Part shown: piece by piece, positions 30,467-41,548 of the stretch
How positions within the stretch are numbered: position 1 is the stretch's first letter
How the letters are laid out: each line of letters starts with the position of its first letter
Source of the DNA: a bacterium
Lineage (GTDB): Bacteria > UBA8248 > JACPRG01 > G963555815
Reading direction: 5' to 3'
NCBI GenBank assembly: GCA_965261595.1
Contig: CBDHDG010000007.1
Coordinates: forward strand, 1,280,001 to 1,344,000
DNA: 64,000 nt
Made by a program: the position numbers and the translations under genes
The notes under the pieces: generated by a model
Told to the model about the DNA's origin: nothing
Seen by the model: the letters and a program-made list of their open reading frames with translations, nothing else
Database searches by the model: none

Positions 30467-31675
30467 CTAACGATTCGGCTCATCTCCTGGATCGCGTTCT
30501 CCATCCAACGGTGTGCGCGTTACGGCAAGCTCTCTCGACCATGATCCTAAATTCGCCTTCGTCAACTGCGTCTTGTCCAGGTTTCGTCCAACAGCCTCCT
30601 GCTCGCTAAGCATATCTACTATGTTTATCGCGTCTGAGCCTGGGACGCCGCCCTCTGGACAGAATGGTAGTGCCACAAACTCTCCCATCTGGTGGAAAAC
30701 CATAACAAAGATCCATTCTTCCTTGTCAGTGGGAAACGGCCCGCCAACAGTACCTGCAAGAACAGTACCTGCAAGAGAAACTCTCGACTCGTCCGTTGCT
30801 TCTCCTACAGTGCCCGCGATCGAGGAGGAACTATTAAATCTCCTTGATACCCAACCGACCAAACAGCCGGACGGGATATTGGCTTCCGGTGCGTTTATTA
30901 CCAACTTATCGATTGGCTCTTCGGCTCCGCTCGTTAGGAAAACAACCTTGTCGTCCCACATGGGAACGATCCAAAATGGAAGATCGTCGGTGCGACACAT
31001 GAATACAACGGGTCTGTCGATTTTTCTATATTCTTCGGATTCAAGACGCATCGTTCCGACGAATCCGCCCCTTAGTATCTTTTCCCCAGGATTCATAATT
31101 TGTTGCCGTACAGGTTGAAGGCCAATGTTCTCAGCGAATTTGAATCCATTCTCACCCAACAGAGAAAATACCATCAGATAAGCGGACTTGATCATGCTGA
31201 CGAATTCGTAGTCGTCTCGTTGCGGAATCCTGAAGTTCATCCCTTTGCTTGCATCCAGGCCATGCTTGGGAGGCAGTGGACCTAACTCAATGGTGCCATT
31301 CCGAAACAAATGCTTGCGAGCCGGGAAGGGCGCGCTTGGATCGTGCGGAATGAATCGTCGCGATCTCTTGTGGCCAAACAAATCAACTACGATGGGAGCT
31401 CCTTTACCCTCCGCCCATTCATTTCTGGCTTTCATGGATAGATATGCGTGCTGGTCGACAAGACTCGCCTTGTTGTTGCATGACTTACATGTCAAGCAGA
31501 TTACGGCCCCGCCAAGAGACTTCGGCGGCGCATGTTCCAACGTCACATTTGTACCCGCCAGCACATCGGACCTGTCAAAGTCAGAAAGACATATGGGACA
31601 TCTGGTATTCCCGGCATTAAACAGCCGTTGACGTAATCGCCGCTCTCGTCCGCGTCCATGGCTCGTTCTTGCCAT
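30467..31675 (-). CDS. HNH endonuclease with uncharacterised C-terminal region
   Basis: CPIC...TLEHAPPKSLGG...CKSCNN; GAGGAG RBS; perfect 15-bp tandem duplication at 30746-30775. Confidence 0.8.
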   Translation of the reverse strand: MARTSHGRGRERRLRQRLFNAGNTRCPICLSDFDRSDVLAGTNVTLEHAPPKSLGGAVICLTCKSCNNKASLVDQHAYLSMKARNEWAEGKGAPIVVDLFGHKRSRRFIPHDPSAPFPARKHLFRNGTIELGPLPPKHGLDASKGMNFRIPQRDDYEFVSMIKSAYLMVFSLLGENGFKFAENIGLQPVRQQIMNPGEKILRGGFVGTMRLESEEYRKIDRPVVFMCRTDDLPFWIVPMWDDKVVFLTSGAEEPIDKLVINAPEANIPSGCLVGWVSRRFNSSSSIAGTVGEATDESRVSLAGTVLAGTVGGPFPTDKEEWIFVMVFHQMGEFVALPFCPEGGVPGSDAINIVDMLSEQEAVGRNLDKTQLTKANLGSWSRELAVTRTPLDGERDPGDEPNR

Positions 31676-31945
31676 CGTCGAAGGTGCTCCTCGACCGCTT
31701 AGGGTTCTTAACCCGGATATCGCCAGGACGGGTGCAGCCATGGGCTTCGTCTACGTCGCCCAGCCCTTGCCATACGGCCTGATTCTGACGTCCATTCCAT
31801 CGCGCTCATGCGGCCATATATACGTCGCCGTTCCCGACTTCTCCATCCCAATGGCCGCTCATGGGTTGTCCCCTGGCAAATCCGGGCTCACCCCATGGTA
31901 TATCGCAAATCACGACAGTTGGCTTTGTTTTGTTACATTTCATGG

Positions 31946-31975
31946 TTGACTTCTCGCCTCAGTATCTGATATGAT
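31946..31975 (+). promoter_or_regulatory. Candidate abiE promoter
   Basis: TTGACT-N18-TATGAT with extended TG, followed by the palindrome TTTCGTCGAAA. Confidence 0.45.
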
Positions 31976-32010
31976 TTTCGTCGAAACACAGGTCACTATG
32001 AAGTTTCGCG

Positions 32011-32880
32011 ATGGACAAGACCATGCCTTTCCCCACCCGATCGCTGTCGGCCCAGGAAAGCCGCGTCGTCCTCAGCATGGCAGAGCACGGCAGCAAGGAA
32101 ATAGAGCGCGGGGAGATCATCGACATGCTCGGCGTCAGCCCGCAAGCCGCCGACCACGTGATCCGCTCGCTGCGCCGGAAGGGATGGCTGGAGCGCGCCA
32201 GTTGGGGCCGCTACCTCCTCATTCCTCCCGAAATGGGCCCTGACGCTCTCGGAGAAAGCAACGTCCTGGCGCTCGCCAGCCGGATCGCCGAACCCTACTA
32301 CTTCGGCTACGGGACGGCCGCGATGCACCACGGCCTCACAACGCAGCACCGCCAGGTCATTCGACTGGTCACGCCGATGCGCGCGCGCAACCGCCGCGTG
32401 CTCGATACCGAGGTCCGCATCGTCAATCCGGTCCCAGGAAAGTTCTTCGGATTCGGCCCGGTCGACGTCCTGGGCTACACCGTCATAATGTCCGACCGCG
32501 AAAAGACCGCCATCGACTGCATCGACCGTCCTGACCTCGCCGGCGGTGAAGGAGAAGCGGCGACCGTCCTGGCGACGGCCTGCCGCCGCATCGACTGGCA
32601 CAAGGCAGCCGGCTATCTGGGGCGCATGTCCTCCAAGACGCTCACGCGACGCTTCGGATGGCTGGCAGAGCGTGCCGGCGCCACCATCCCCGAAGACGTG
32701 CGCACGCATCTCCAAGACCTTGCGAAGGGTAGCGGCCGAGCATATTTCGGCCCGAGAACCCCCAAGTCCAGCGCAATCGGCTATCAGGAGAGTTGGCAGC
32801 TCACCGCCAACGTCGCCAGCCACGAATTGACCGACAGCGCCGGAATCGCGCGGCCGCGATCGGTCGACCGGGAGCGCTGA
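32011..32880 (+). CDS. abiEi: Type IV TA antitoxin AbiEi (wHTH plus C-terminal domain)
   Basis: LRRKGWLERASWGRY, YFGYGTAAMHHGLT, KFFGF, SDREKTAID. Confidence 0.88.
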   Translation: MDKTMPFPTRSLSAQESRVVLSMAEHGSKEIERGEIIDMLGVSPQAADHVIRSLRRKGWLERASWGRYLLIPPEMGPDALGESNVLALASRIAEPYYFGYGTAAMHHGLTTQHRQVIRLVTPMRARNRRVLDTEVRIVNPVPGKFFGFGPVDVLGYTVIMSDREKTAIDCIDRPDLAGGEGEAATVLATACRRIDWHKAAGYLGRMSSKTLTRRFGWLAERAGATIPEDVRTHLQDLAKGSGRAYFGPRTPKSSAIGYQESWQLTANVASHELTDSAGIARPRSVDRER

Positions 32881-33671
32881 GCCATTCTCACCCGTCCCCA
32901 GGTCCAGCGCTACTCCGCCGAAGCCGGACTGCGCGACATCATGATCGCCGAAAACGAGATCGTGCTCACCTACTTGCTCCAGCTGATGGCGGAGCGCGGC
33001 ATCCTGGACAAGCTCGCCTTCAAGGGCGGAACCTGCCTTCGCAAGATGTTCATCGGCAGCGGGGGGCGCTTCTCAACCGATCTGGATTTCACGCGGGTCG
33101 AAGAACACGACCACGAAGACGTGATCCTCGCCATGATGGAGGCATTCGAGCAGCCGTTTCACGGGATCCGGTTCGGCGTACCCGATGACAGTTACTACGA
33201 AACCCAGGACGGCCTGTCTTGGGGCGTCAATCCGGTCTACGCCCACGACTGGAACCCGGGCGGGCAAAGCCAGATCCGGCTCCAGGTGAGCCGCCGCGAG
33301 GTCCCCACCCTTCCCCCGTCGCGGAACGCTCAATGCGCGCAAAGCTACTTCCGGCACCTGCCTTTCGATCCGGTGGACATCACGTGCCTGGCCCTGCCCG
33401 AGATCATCGCCGAGAAGGTCCGGGCCTGCTACCAGCGCAGCAAAGCACGCGACATCTACGATCTCAGCGTCTTTGCGACCCGCCCCCTTGACCGACCGCT
33501 CATCCGCCGGCTCGTCGTGCTCAAGCTCTGGCAGGCGGGCGACGCGTTCGATCCGGAAGCCCTCATGGCGAAATTCGACGATGCCACCGCATTCGATTGG
33601 GAAGATCTCCGGCAGCTGGTTCGCCGAACACAGCCCATCGAGCCTGCCCGGATCACTGCCGCCTGCCTGAA

Positions 33672-35313
33672 CCCGCATTCCCCAAGTGACCGATCCATCT
33701 GATGCGGTTTCCGTCTGATTCCTGTATAAGAATCAGTGGATTAGATCAGACGGAGGGTGAGTCGAATGCGGAACCTGGAGGGTGAGTCGGATCGGGGGCT
33801 TCTGCGGGCGTTTTTCGACCGAAGACTGAAGTTCGAGTTCCACGGTTCGCGGATCACGTCAGACGCTGGTCTGCACGCCTATCGTGAACTGGACGAAGCC
33901 CTCGGCCTGACCACGCTGGCCGGTGACGTTATTGCTGACAGCCGGACCGGCAAGAACGGTTGGCACGGCATCATCGGTCTCCTTCGCCAATCCGTCTATG
34001 GTCGTCTCGCCGGGTACGAGGACGTGAACGACGCCGACCGGCTGGGGCGCGATCCTGCGATGCGGTGGATCGTCGGCGGCAGGGCTGTCGAGCGCGGCGG
34101 CGCATCGACCAGCCAGATGGGCCGGTTCGAGACGGAGTTACTCGCCACCAATGACAACCTCGCCGCGCTCGCTGACCTTTTGGGCATCTGGATCGACCAG
34201 GTTAACGAGCGCAAGCCGCCGAAGATTATCGTGCTCGACATGGACAGCTCCGTCAGCCCGACCTACGGTGACCAGGAGGGCACGGCCTACAACGGTCACT
34301 TCGGCTGCACGTGCTATCACCCGCTGTTCGTGTTCAACCAGTTCGGCGATCTGGAGCGTTGCGCCCTGCGTCCGGGCAACGTGCACAGCGCCCATGAATG
34401 GCGCGATGTGTTGGACCCGGTGGTCGCTCGATACCGGAACAAGACACTCCGGCGTTATTTCCGTGGTGACGCCGCCTTCGCCTCGCCCGAGGTTTATGAG
34501 TTTCTGGAAGCGGAAGGCTTCAAGTACGCCATCCGGCTTCCGGCCAACAAGGTGCTGCACGACAGCATCGCGCACCTGCTCAAGCGCCCCGTCGGTCGGC
34601 CGCCGAAGGAAGTTCGTCGGTATTACGCGAACTTCAGCTATCGGGCCGGTAGCTGGACGGAGCCCCGCCGGGTCGTCGCCAAGGTAGAGTGGCACTCAGG
34701 GGAACTGTATCCCCGCGTCGGCTTCATCGTCACCAACCTGAGCCGTCCTGCCGAGCGGGTTGTTGCGTTCTACAATCAGCGCGGCACTGCCGAGCAATGG
34801 ATCAAGGAAGGCAAGAACGCCATCAAGTGGACGCGGCTGTCATGCCGTTCGTTACGCAACAATGCCGTCCGGCTCCAGCTGCATGCACTCGCCTATAACC
34901 TCGGCAACTTCATGCGTACCCTGGCGTTGCCCGATGCCGTGGAGCAATGGTCGCTGACGACGCTGAGGGAGAAGCTGGTCAAGATCGGTGCGAAAGTTGT
35001 CAGCCATGGCCGGTACGTCACATTTCAATTGGCCGAGGTTGCAGTCCCAAGAAGCTTGTTCCAGAAAATCTTGAGCCTGATTGATGATCTACGACGAAGT
35101 CCCGCTCCGGCGTAGGCCGAGGGAATCGACGGCAAGGAGATTGCGACACGAGAGGTGTGTCTGGATGGCAAGAGAAACGACCAAATGGCCTTCCACGCGC
35201 TGGCCGATTACCAAAATCATGTCATCGGATGGCTGCAATGGGAACAGAGTGCCCTTGGAGATGGGGCCGTGGTACGATTTCCGCGAATTTGGATGTCATC
35301 TGGGGAATGTCGG
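33672..35313 (+). mobile_element. IS1380-family element with 5-bp TSD CTGAA
   Basis: IRs CCCGCATTCCCCA and TGGGGAATGTCGG; CTGAA at 33667-33671 and 35314-35318. Confidence 0.93.
33757..35115 (+). CDS. IS1380-family transposase, intact ORF
   Basis: ITSDAGL, GYEDVND, LDMDSS, RGDAAF, YNQRGTAEQWIKE. Confidence 0.95.
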   Translation: MSRMRNLEGESDRGLLRAFFDRRLKFEFHGSRITSDAGLHAYRELDEALGLTTLAGDVIADSRTGKNGWHGIIGLLRQSVYGRLAGYEDVNDADRLGRDPAMRWIVGGRAVERGGASTSQMGRFETELLATNDNLAALADLLGIWIDQVNERKPPKIIVLDMDSSVSPTYGDQEGTAYNGHFGCTCYHPLFVFNQFGDLERCALRPGNVHSAHEWRDVLDPVVARYRNKTLRRYFRGDAAFASPEVYEFLEAEGFKYAIRLPANKVLHDSIAHLLKRPVGRPPKEVRRYYANFSYRAGSWTEPRRVVAKVEWHSGELYPRVGFIVTNLSRPAERVVAFYNQRGTAEQWIKEGKNAIKWTRLSCRSLRNNAVRLQLHALAYNLGNFMRTLALPDAVEQWSLTTLREKLVKIGAKVVSHGRYVTFQLAEVAVPRSLFQKILSLIDDLRRSPAPA

Positions 35314-35758
35314 CTGAATGGATTCGCATTCCTCGCAGAGCTTGATCCCACGGAGACAGAACTCGCGGCGGATCCTCATCAGCGCGATAACGCCTTGTGG
35401 AGAGTACTTCGAGACCACCTCCCGGTCAGCCGGCATTGAAATCAATCACGATCCCTGCCACTCTTGTGCGGCATAGTCACCTAACCCACCGTAATCATTG
35501 AGATATTATTTCTGATGCAAATTCCGGAATCGGATAGTCACCGGATTCGATCATATTCCAGACCTTGCATGCCGCATGCCGCACCTACCGCGTCAACCCC
35601 ACAATTCTTGAATCGGGCGCGCAACAGTACACTTGCGCTGAGCACCCCCGGAGTAGTTGTTCCACCAGACCGTGATCCTCCGGTAGGGTTCATCGCCGTA
35701 GGAGCCCGCTCTCGCGTCCAGCATCCGAGGTATCGTGGCAGGATTCATCCCAGCCTTA

Positions 35759-36713
35759 GTGTCCGGCCCGAAATGAATTGAGTGACTTCAGCGTGTTGTG
35801 ATTCACTGGATGTGTTGAAGCAATCAGCGAGGCACAAGATGTGGACTGAAATCACTCGCCCGAAATATGCTCGCACGGGCCTTCGTTACGCAAGCGATCT
35901 GAGCGATGCGGAGTGGCGGGTGATCGCCCCTCATATGCCGCCGGCGAGGGCTGTGGGCCGGCCGCGGACGACGGATTTGCGGGAGGTGGTGAACGCCATC
36001 CTGTATGTTTTGCGTTCGGGCTGCCCCTGGCGGATGTTGCCGAAGGAGTTTCCGCCCCGTTCGACGATACAGCGCTATTTCGCCGCGTGGCGGGACGGCG
36101 GTCTGTGGACGCGGATCAATCGTCATCTCCTGATGGCGGTCCGCGTGGCGGCCGGGCGCGAAGCCAGCCCTTCGGCCGGCGTCATCGACAGCCAGAGCGT
36201 GAAAACCACGGAAAGCGGCGGCCCACGGGGCTTCGATGCAGGCAAGAAGGTCAAGAGCCTGCCCCGGACCCGATCCGGGGGCCGCAAGCGTCATATCCTC
36301 ACCGACACCGGCGGCCTGCTGGTAGCCGCCCGGGTCCACGCCGCCAACATCCAGGATCGCGACGGCGCGCCCGCCCTGCTCGCCTCCATCCGGTACAGCT
36401 TCCCGTGGCTGCGCCATGTCTTCGCCGACGGCGCTTATGCCGGCCCCAAACTCGAAGCCGCCCTGAAGCGGGTCGGGCGATGGACCCTCGAGATCGTCAA
36501 ACGCCCGAACGGCGCCCAAGGCTTCGAAGTCCTCCCCCGCCGATGGGTCGTCGAACGCACGCTGGCGTGGCTAAACCGAAACCGGCGACTGGCGAAAGAC
36601 TTCGAGGCAATGATCGCCACCGCGCAAGCCTGGCTCTTCATCGCCTCCGTTCAACTCCTCACCAGAAGAATCGTAAGATACTGAAAAACAAGTGTTCTTT
36701 TTGGGCCAGACTC
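35759..36713 (+). mobile_element. IS5-family element with 3-bp TSD TTA
   Basis: IRs GTGTCCGGCCCGAAA and TTTTGGGCCAGACTC; TTA on both sides. Confidence 0.9.
35839..36684 (+). CDS. IS5-family transposase with an 8-aa in-frame insertion
   Basis: YASDLSDAEW, GCPWRMLP, IDSQSVK, ADGAY, RWVVERT. Confidence 0.93.
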   Translation: MWTEITRPKYARTGLRYASDLSDAEWRVIAPHMPPARAVGRPRTTDLREVVNAILYVLRSGCPWRMLPKEFPPRSTIQRYFAAWRDGGLWTRINRHLLMAVRVAAGREASPSAGVIDSQSVKTTESGGPRGFDAGKKVKSLPRTRSGGRKRHILTDTGGLLVAARVHAANIQDRDGAPALLASIRYSFPWLRHVFADGAYAGPKLEAALKRVGRWTLEIVKRPNGAQGFEVLPRRWVVERTLAWLNRNRRLAKDFEAMIATAQAWLFIASVQLLTRRIVRY

Positions 36714-36802
36714 TTACACCTCGACCGAAACTGTCGAGGGTGTTGTTCACCTACCATGAGGAGGCTCGACCGTGACCAAGGGGATAAGGGTCATCTGGCC
36801 CG

Positions 36803-37579
36803 ATGAGAACGGTGACATCGACGAAATCGAGTACTTCTGTGGAATCGATGTCTAACCTCGACTCCATTCCCGCCTTCTCATCGGTCCGGGCTGACTGGCC
36901 CCGATACGAAGGCGGAACCAGGGTCGACTACACCATAGACGTCGGAATTGAACGCCCGCGCGGTGGGGAGGTAAATCTCGTCGTCGACTACCACGAGGCA
37001 AAGAATCCAAAACTGGCTGAGCGATACGACATCCATTGGGGCACGAACACTATCGTCCTCAAACAGGGATATCGCACGGGTCACTGTAGATGGTTGCGGT
37101 TGGGCACCAAACGGCCCGAGAAAGCCCGCTGGGAAGCAAGCGGTCTCGGACAGAGCCAAGACAGGCCTCTTGATCGATACTGGAGATCGCGTCGGTATGC
37201 GCAGTTCAGAAAGATCATCATGGCTGCGGACAGCCTTAGCTGCGTCATCACCGGAGAACAGACGCTGGAGGCGCTGGAGGCTGCGCATCTCGTTCCGGCC
37301 AAGAACGGAGAGAATGACATATCTTGCAACGGTATCGCGCTCAGAGCCGACCTCCATCGGCTGTTCGATGCCGGCCTGTTCACGTTCGGCAACAGCGGCA
37401 AAGTGAAGATGCGCGCCGCGACATCGTCATCGTTTGATGCATATCGCCAGTTGCTTCGAAAGAGGCGGCTACCGAAGGCGACATTGGCAAGGGTGAAGGC
37501 GACACTCGCTCTTCCGCAGTTTCGAGAACGATTGTGCGCGAAGCCTGACCCCACAACAAGCCCACGGGCACCCAGTTGA
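36803..37579 (+). CDS. HNH endonuclease (C-terminal HNH); start uncertain
   Basis: CVITG...LEAAHLVP...NGIALRADLHRLFD. Confidence 0.85.
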   Translation: MRTVTSTKSSTSVESMSNLDSIPAFSSVRADWPRYEGGTRVDYTIDVGIERPRGGEVNLVVDYHEAKNPKLAERYDIHWGTNTIVLKQGYRTGHCRWLRLGTKRPEKARWEASGLGQSQDRPLDRYWRSRRYAQFRKIIMAADSLSCVITGEQTLEALEAAHLVPAKNGENDISCNGIALRADLHRLFDAGLFTFGNSGKVKMRAATSSSFDAYRQLLRKRRLPKATLARVKATLALPQFRERLCAKPDPTTSPRAPS

Positions 37580-37687
37580 AGCGGACCAAACTTGGCAGGT
37601 TCTGCGGGCCACAGCGAGTCCAGTTTCTTCCACTGCCCGTCTGTCGCCTTCACCGCCGCAACGTGATTCGGTCCCAAGTAACGTTCT

Positions 37688-38044
37688 TCAACTCTGCCTG
37701 CCCGGCTCTTCGCACGCTGGCGGCTTCGTTCCTGTGCTTGCGCCTTGTTGTGGCCACTGGGCATTCGAGAATTGTCTTTCCGGAAAGGGGTCGGACCTCG
37801 GAAACTCGGTGGCCAGCAATTCCATCGAGTCCAGAAAGGTGTTCAAACTGCAGAATTCGCTCGCTTCGTCGGCCAGTTGCCAAAAGATTGCGTCAGGTTC
37901 CTCGTACCAACCAAGAATGTCTATGAGCAGACGCCGCGTTTGGATCGCGCGCGCGGCGATAACGTAATGTTCACCCGCTTTCTGGGGCTCCGACTTAAAC
38001 TCGTGGTAGAGGACATTTACCTTCCTGATATCTGACGTGCGCAT
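37688..38044 (-). CDS. Hypothetical protein
   Basis: Protein-like composition in an AT-richer stretch; no motif recognised. Confidence 0.35.
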   Translation of the reverse strand: MRTSDIRKVNVLYHEFKSEPQKAGEHYVIAARAIQTRRLLIDILGWYEEPDAIFWQLADEASEFCSLNTFLDSMELLATEFPRSDPFPERQFSNAQWPQQGASTGTKPPACEEPGRQS

Positions 38045-38452
38045 GATGCGTCGGGCTACCCACAAGCCGTTCGCTGCTTTTGTCCGATTCCACGACCAGG
38101 CAGCTTTAGTGATGTTCAACAATATGCTCGATATTGCTGAAAACGTCGGCACAATCGATGCCTCCTCAAGATGCCCGAAGGCGGCGCTCTCGTTCCTGCT
38201 AGCCACCACTACCATGTTGTGCCTGGAGTGGGATGTCGAAGAAATCGTTAGATAATTGTTCCCTGACGACGGGTGGTAGGCCAGTTCTCCAACCTATCAC
38301 GAGGCAATCCTCAGGAACAGCGCCAGCGCTAAGTTGACGGGGGTCAGGTCCAAGGGGCCAAACGCGACGTGCCCAAGCGCCGACAAGATGAGCGACAGCG
38401 CGATGACCTTCCAGGCCAGTCCGGGCGCGGCGCCGGTGAGTGTGCTCCCGGT

Positions 38453-38859
38453 ATAGTCCATGGCCTTCGCCACAGAGGAATGACGCGACAGCTTGGCCCG
38501 CTCGGCCTGCATCCAGTTGTTGAGATCGGCCAGCACCGGCGTACTCAACTCCTGGCGCATGGCGAGGCGTTCCCCGGCCGACTTGCCGTTGATCCCGCGC
38601 TCGATGTCGAACAGCACGTCGATCCGCTGCACCGCCTCCAGCGCGAGCGGCGAGATCTGCGGCGCGGTCTGGCCGCGATGTCGGCGAGCTCGTAGAACTT
38701 CCTCCGAGAATGTGCCCAACACGCCCCGCCGATGACGGGCCCCGGCGATCTGCCGGCCACATACAGCCGGTTGAACCCGGCGTAGATGTCGGCCTGGAGG
38801 ATGCCGGCGAAGGTCTTCAGATGCTCCACCGAGTGATCGCCGGACCGGTCGCGCGAGTA
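38453..38859 (-). pseudogene. IS66-family transposase (TnpC) internal fragment
   Basis: GILQAD.YAGFN, CWAHSRRKF, LFDIER, AKAMDY. Confidence 0.88.
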
Positions 38860-39042
38860 TCCGGCTCCTCTTCCAACCATCAATGGCTGGTCTTGCCCCG
38901 GCACGCAAAGCCCGCGCTCCTGAAGCACATCAAGTGCGATGCGGCGACCGCTTGATGGCCGCGCGGCATCGTCCCGCTCCTGCCGCGCCCGAAGCCCATG
39001 CACCCAATCAACATGCTTCAATGTGCAATCTTCACGTCGTCC

Positions 39043-39912
39043 CTACAATTTCGTGTTGTCAAGACTGGATGCCAACTGGCTCAATCCTTCCGCCCACGAA
39101 CATCGCAATAGCTTCTTGTCCACTACAGCAAGAACGTGACCCCACTCGAAGTCTCCCTCGTTAGGAAATTTCTCTGTGTCAGCAGGTACGTTTATCAGTG
39201 CCAGATATTTTCCTAAAATTCCAACCGACACCAGTAGACGTTCTTTTTCAGGTATGAGAACGACTACAGAACCCCTTATCCCATCACAAAACTTCCGAAT
39301 GCATCGAAGTCGCCAATGCTTTTGAGAGGGAGTCTCGTTTAGATAGTCGTCCGCTAGAGCCGTATATCCGTATTCGTCCAGTCTTCTTTCAACATCTTCT
39401 TGGTAAATATTCGCGAGATTCATCTGCATTATTTTACGTAGTTGGTGGTGGTCCACGTGATGTCGGAAGTGGTCACCGTAGACCAAATAGCCCGCGGTTA
39501 GAGCTACCTTGGCTGTAAAACGAATTGGCAGATAGATGTCTAGGTGGGTAACGAATTGGATGTTCCCGGAACCCCATGTCAATTCGCACTCTTTGGCGTC
39601 CCACAACTTGAGGCCGTGCCTACGGTGAAGATGTACTTGCGCTGGACGGGCCTCGTCGCCGTGACTCGCGTTCCTTGAAATTGCCCAAGGTTCTTTACCG
39701 CTGTGACCGCGTGCACCATATTCTGATCGACGCAACGCCACCAGGAAATCATTGGCTAGTGCGCCATCAAGCTCGCGTCCCAGCTGAGAATTGGATTCTC
39801 TGTCAACATCTATCGTCAATTCATTTGTTCCGCCGAGAGATAGCGGTATGATGTGTTCGGGGTTGGATCGAACCTTAGGAATCTCACGATCTGTATATGG
39901 ACAGTAAATCAA
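39043..39912 (-). CDS. HNH-like endonuclease
   Basis: YCPY...PEHIIPLSLGG...NSQLG..LD; AT-rich. Confidence 0.78.
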   Translation of the reverse strand: MIYCPYTDREIPKVRSNPEHIIPLSLGGTNELTIDVDRESNSQLGRELDGALANDFLVALRRSEYGARGHSGKEPWAISRNASHGDEARPAQVHLHRRHGLKLWDAKECELTWGSGNIQFVTHLDIYLPIRFTAKVALTAGYLVYGDHFRHHVDHHQLRKIMQMNLANIYQEDVERRLDEYGYTALADDYLNETPSQKHWRLRCIRKFCDGIRGSVVVLIPEKERLLVSVGILGKYLALINVPADTEKFPNEGDFEWGHVLAVVDKKLLRCSWAEGLSQLASSLDNTKL

Positions 39913-40798
39913 GTTGCTTCACTCCAGATTTACAGGCACTTTCCGTATTTTTTACAATGCGAGAACTACACAATATCCCAAGATGTCCTAGACGGTTGAG
40001 CAGGCGCTATTGTATCCTACTGGCGAACTTGCCATGCGGTGCAGCCCGCAGAATGGCCTTTAGCGCTCGCTGCACAGCCTCAAGTGAACCGAGATTCCCC
40101 ATGTGGATGCTTCCAGCGTCTTGAACATGTCTCGACATTGGCCACGTGGCAAGTCGCCGGGCCATTGCAGAGCATCATCGAGCCGATTCCATGCGACGAA
40201 TGTCCGATCGCGGCGTTGGTTGGCGAAACTGACGTTTGGGCTGTTTTCGAGACACATCGCGTCTCTTGTCTATATGGATGCGCGGTATCCCGTGCAACGC
40301 GACAATCACCGTGGGCTTGGCGCGCGCCTGACGGAGACAATTCGGTATCCGTCCACCTTGTGCAGCATAGCCAGCTAAGCCACCGTATTCATTCCACTCA
40401 AAGCGCATTGCGGGTTCCCGATCATCGAACCTACCTCCACGATATCTTTGCCTCTTATGCAATCGCGCATCCAAGCGGCCAGTCGCCAAGCCCGCAACCC
40501 GGCAGCCACGCTGGGTTTTCTCCGCAGCAGGCCGGCAAGGCACCGCGCTTCCGTCATCGCATAGCAATCGGCCCGTTTCCATAGCGGGAGCGTGCATGGC
40601 GTCTTCGGTCGAAATCGGCGCACGAATTCCCCTTCACCGCCGCGGCGTGTCGCGAGGACCTCAGGAACGCGGTTTCATTCATCCCCTTCACGGCGCGCCT
40701 CCATTCATCAAAGCCCTCCGCGCAGTTCCTCGATCGCCAGGGCCCTGTGGTTCTCTCGCAGACATACTCCATGATCGGCATCGTCTCCAGCGCCCGGC

Positions 40799-41161
40799 CG
40801 TCCCCGGCCGGCAATTCACTTCCAGATGCGCCTCGACATAGCGCTCCGCCAGGTCGGCCACGGTCGGCTCAGGCGCGGGCTGCTCCGGAAACGCCTCCTC
40901 GCCCTTCTTCAGACGGTCGATGACCTCCGCGGCCACACGCCGCGCATCCTCGACCGTGATATCGACCTTCCGGCCGATCGCCACACGCTTCAGCGCGCCG
41001 CCCGGCGCCCGCGCGTGGACCACATAGACCTTGCGCCCGCTGGCATGGATCCGCACACCGAACCCGGTGAGGTCGCAGTCGTAGAACACCCGGTCGCCGC
41101 GCTCGACCGCGAGCGCCTCGACCACGCGCCTGCTCAGCTTGAGAGTGCTCCTTCGAGGCAT
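40799..41161 (-). pseudogene. Truncated third tyrosine integrase (arm-binding N-terminus only)
   Basis: MPRRSTLKLSRR...DLTGFGVRIHASGRKVY; paralogous to 20485. Confidence 0.88.
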
Positions 41162-41415
41162 GCGCCGCTCTCCCATCCTCCCGTGACCGAACGCACCGTC
41201 GCCCGGAGTTCCGCCGCCGACCCGTCCGGCCGCCGGGAATTCCGTGAACACCCAGATACCAAACGGTGTGCAATGCCAGTGTATGAGAGTCCATCCGTGA
41301 CGCAAATGCAAGCCCTAAGTGGGCTTTCTCATACATCGTAACTTATTGTAAATGATAGTATTTGACCCCTCGTTGTAGCCCGGAAGCATCCGAACCTATC
41401 ACTCCTTCAGGTTTC

Positions 41416-41548
41416 CATGATCTACGGCACTCTTGTGCAATATACGGGGATTTCCACGTGCTCAAAAGTATCGTATCTATTTGTTATCACTTGTTATTCT
41501 CACCAACATCGCAACCGGATTTGATCAATATACAGGCATGACATGTCC
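41416..41548 (+). repeat. Conserved junction sequence, copy 2 (related to 22879-23053)
   Basis: CATGATCTACGGCACTCTTGTGCA...ATTTCCACG...TATCTATTTGTT...TCGCAACCGGATTTGATCAATATACAGGCATGACATGTC. Confidence 0.8.

Larger units (their letters stand above)
32884..35439 (+). pseudogene. abiEii: Type IV TA toxin AbiEii (nucleotidyltransferase), split by IS1380
   Basis: FKGGTCLRK, RFSTDLDF, EKVRA, RDIYD; the frame resumes after the IS (LNGFAFLAELD...RH*). Confidence 0.88.

Noticed and set aside
40060..40623. Gene between the HNH gene and the truncated integrase
   Set aside because: One minus frame looks partly protein-like but has several stops and no recognisable motif; at best a decayed remnant.
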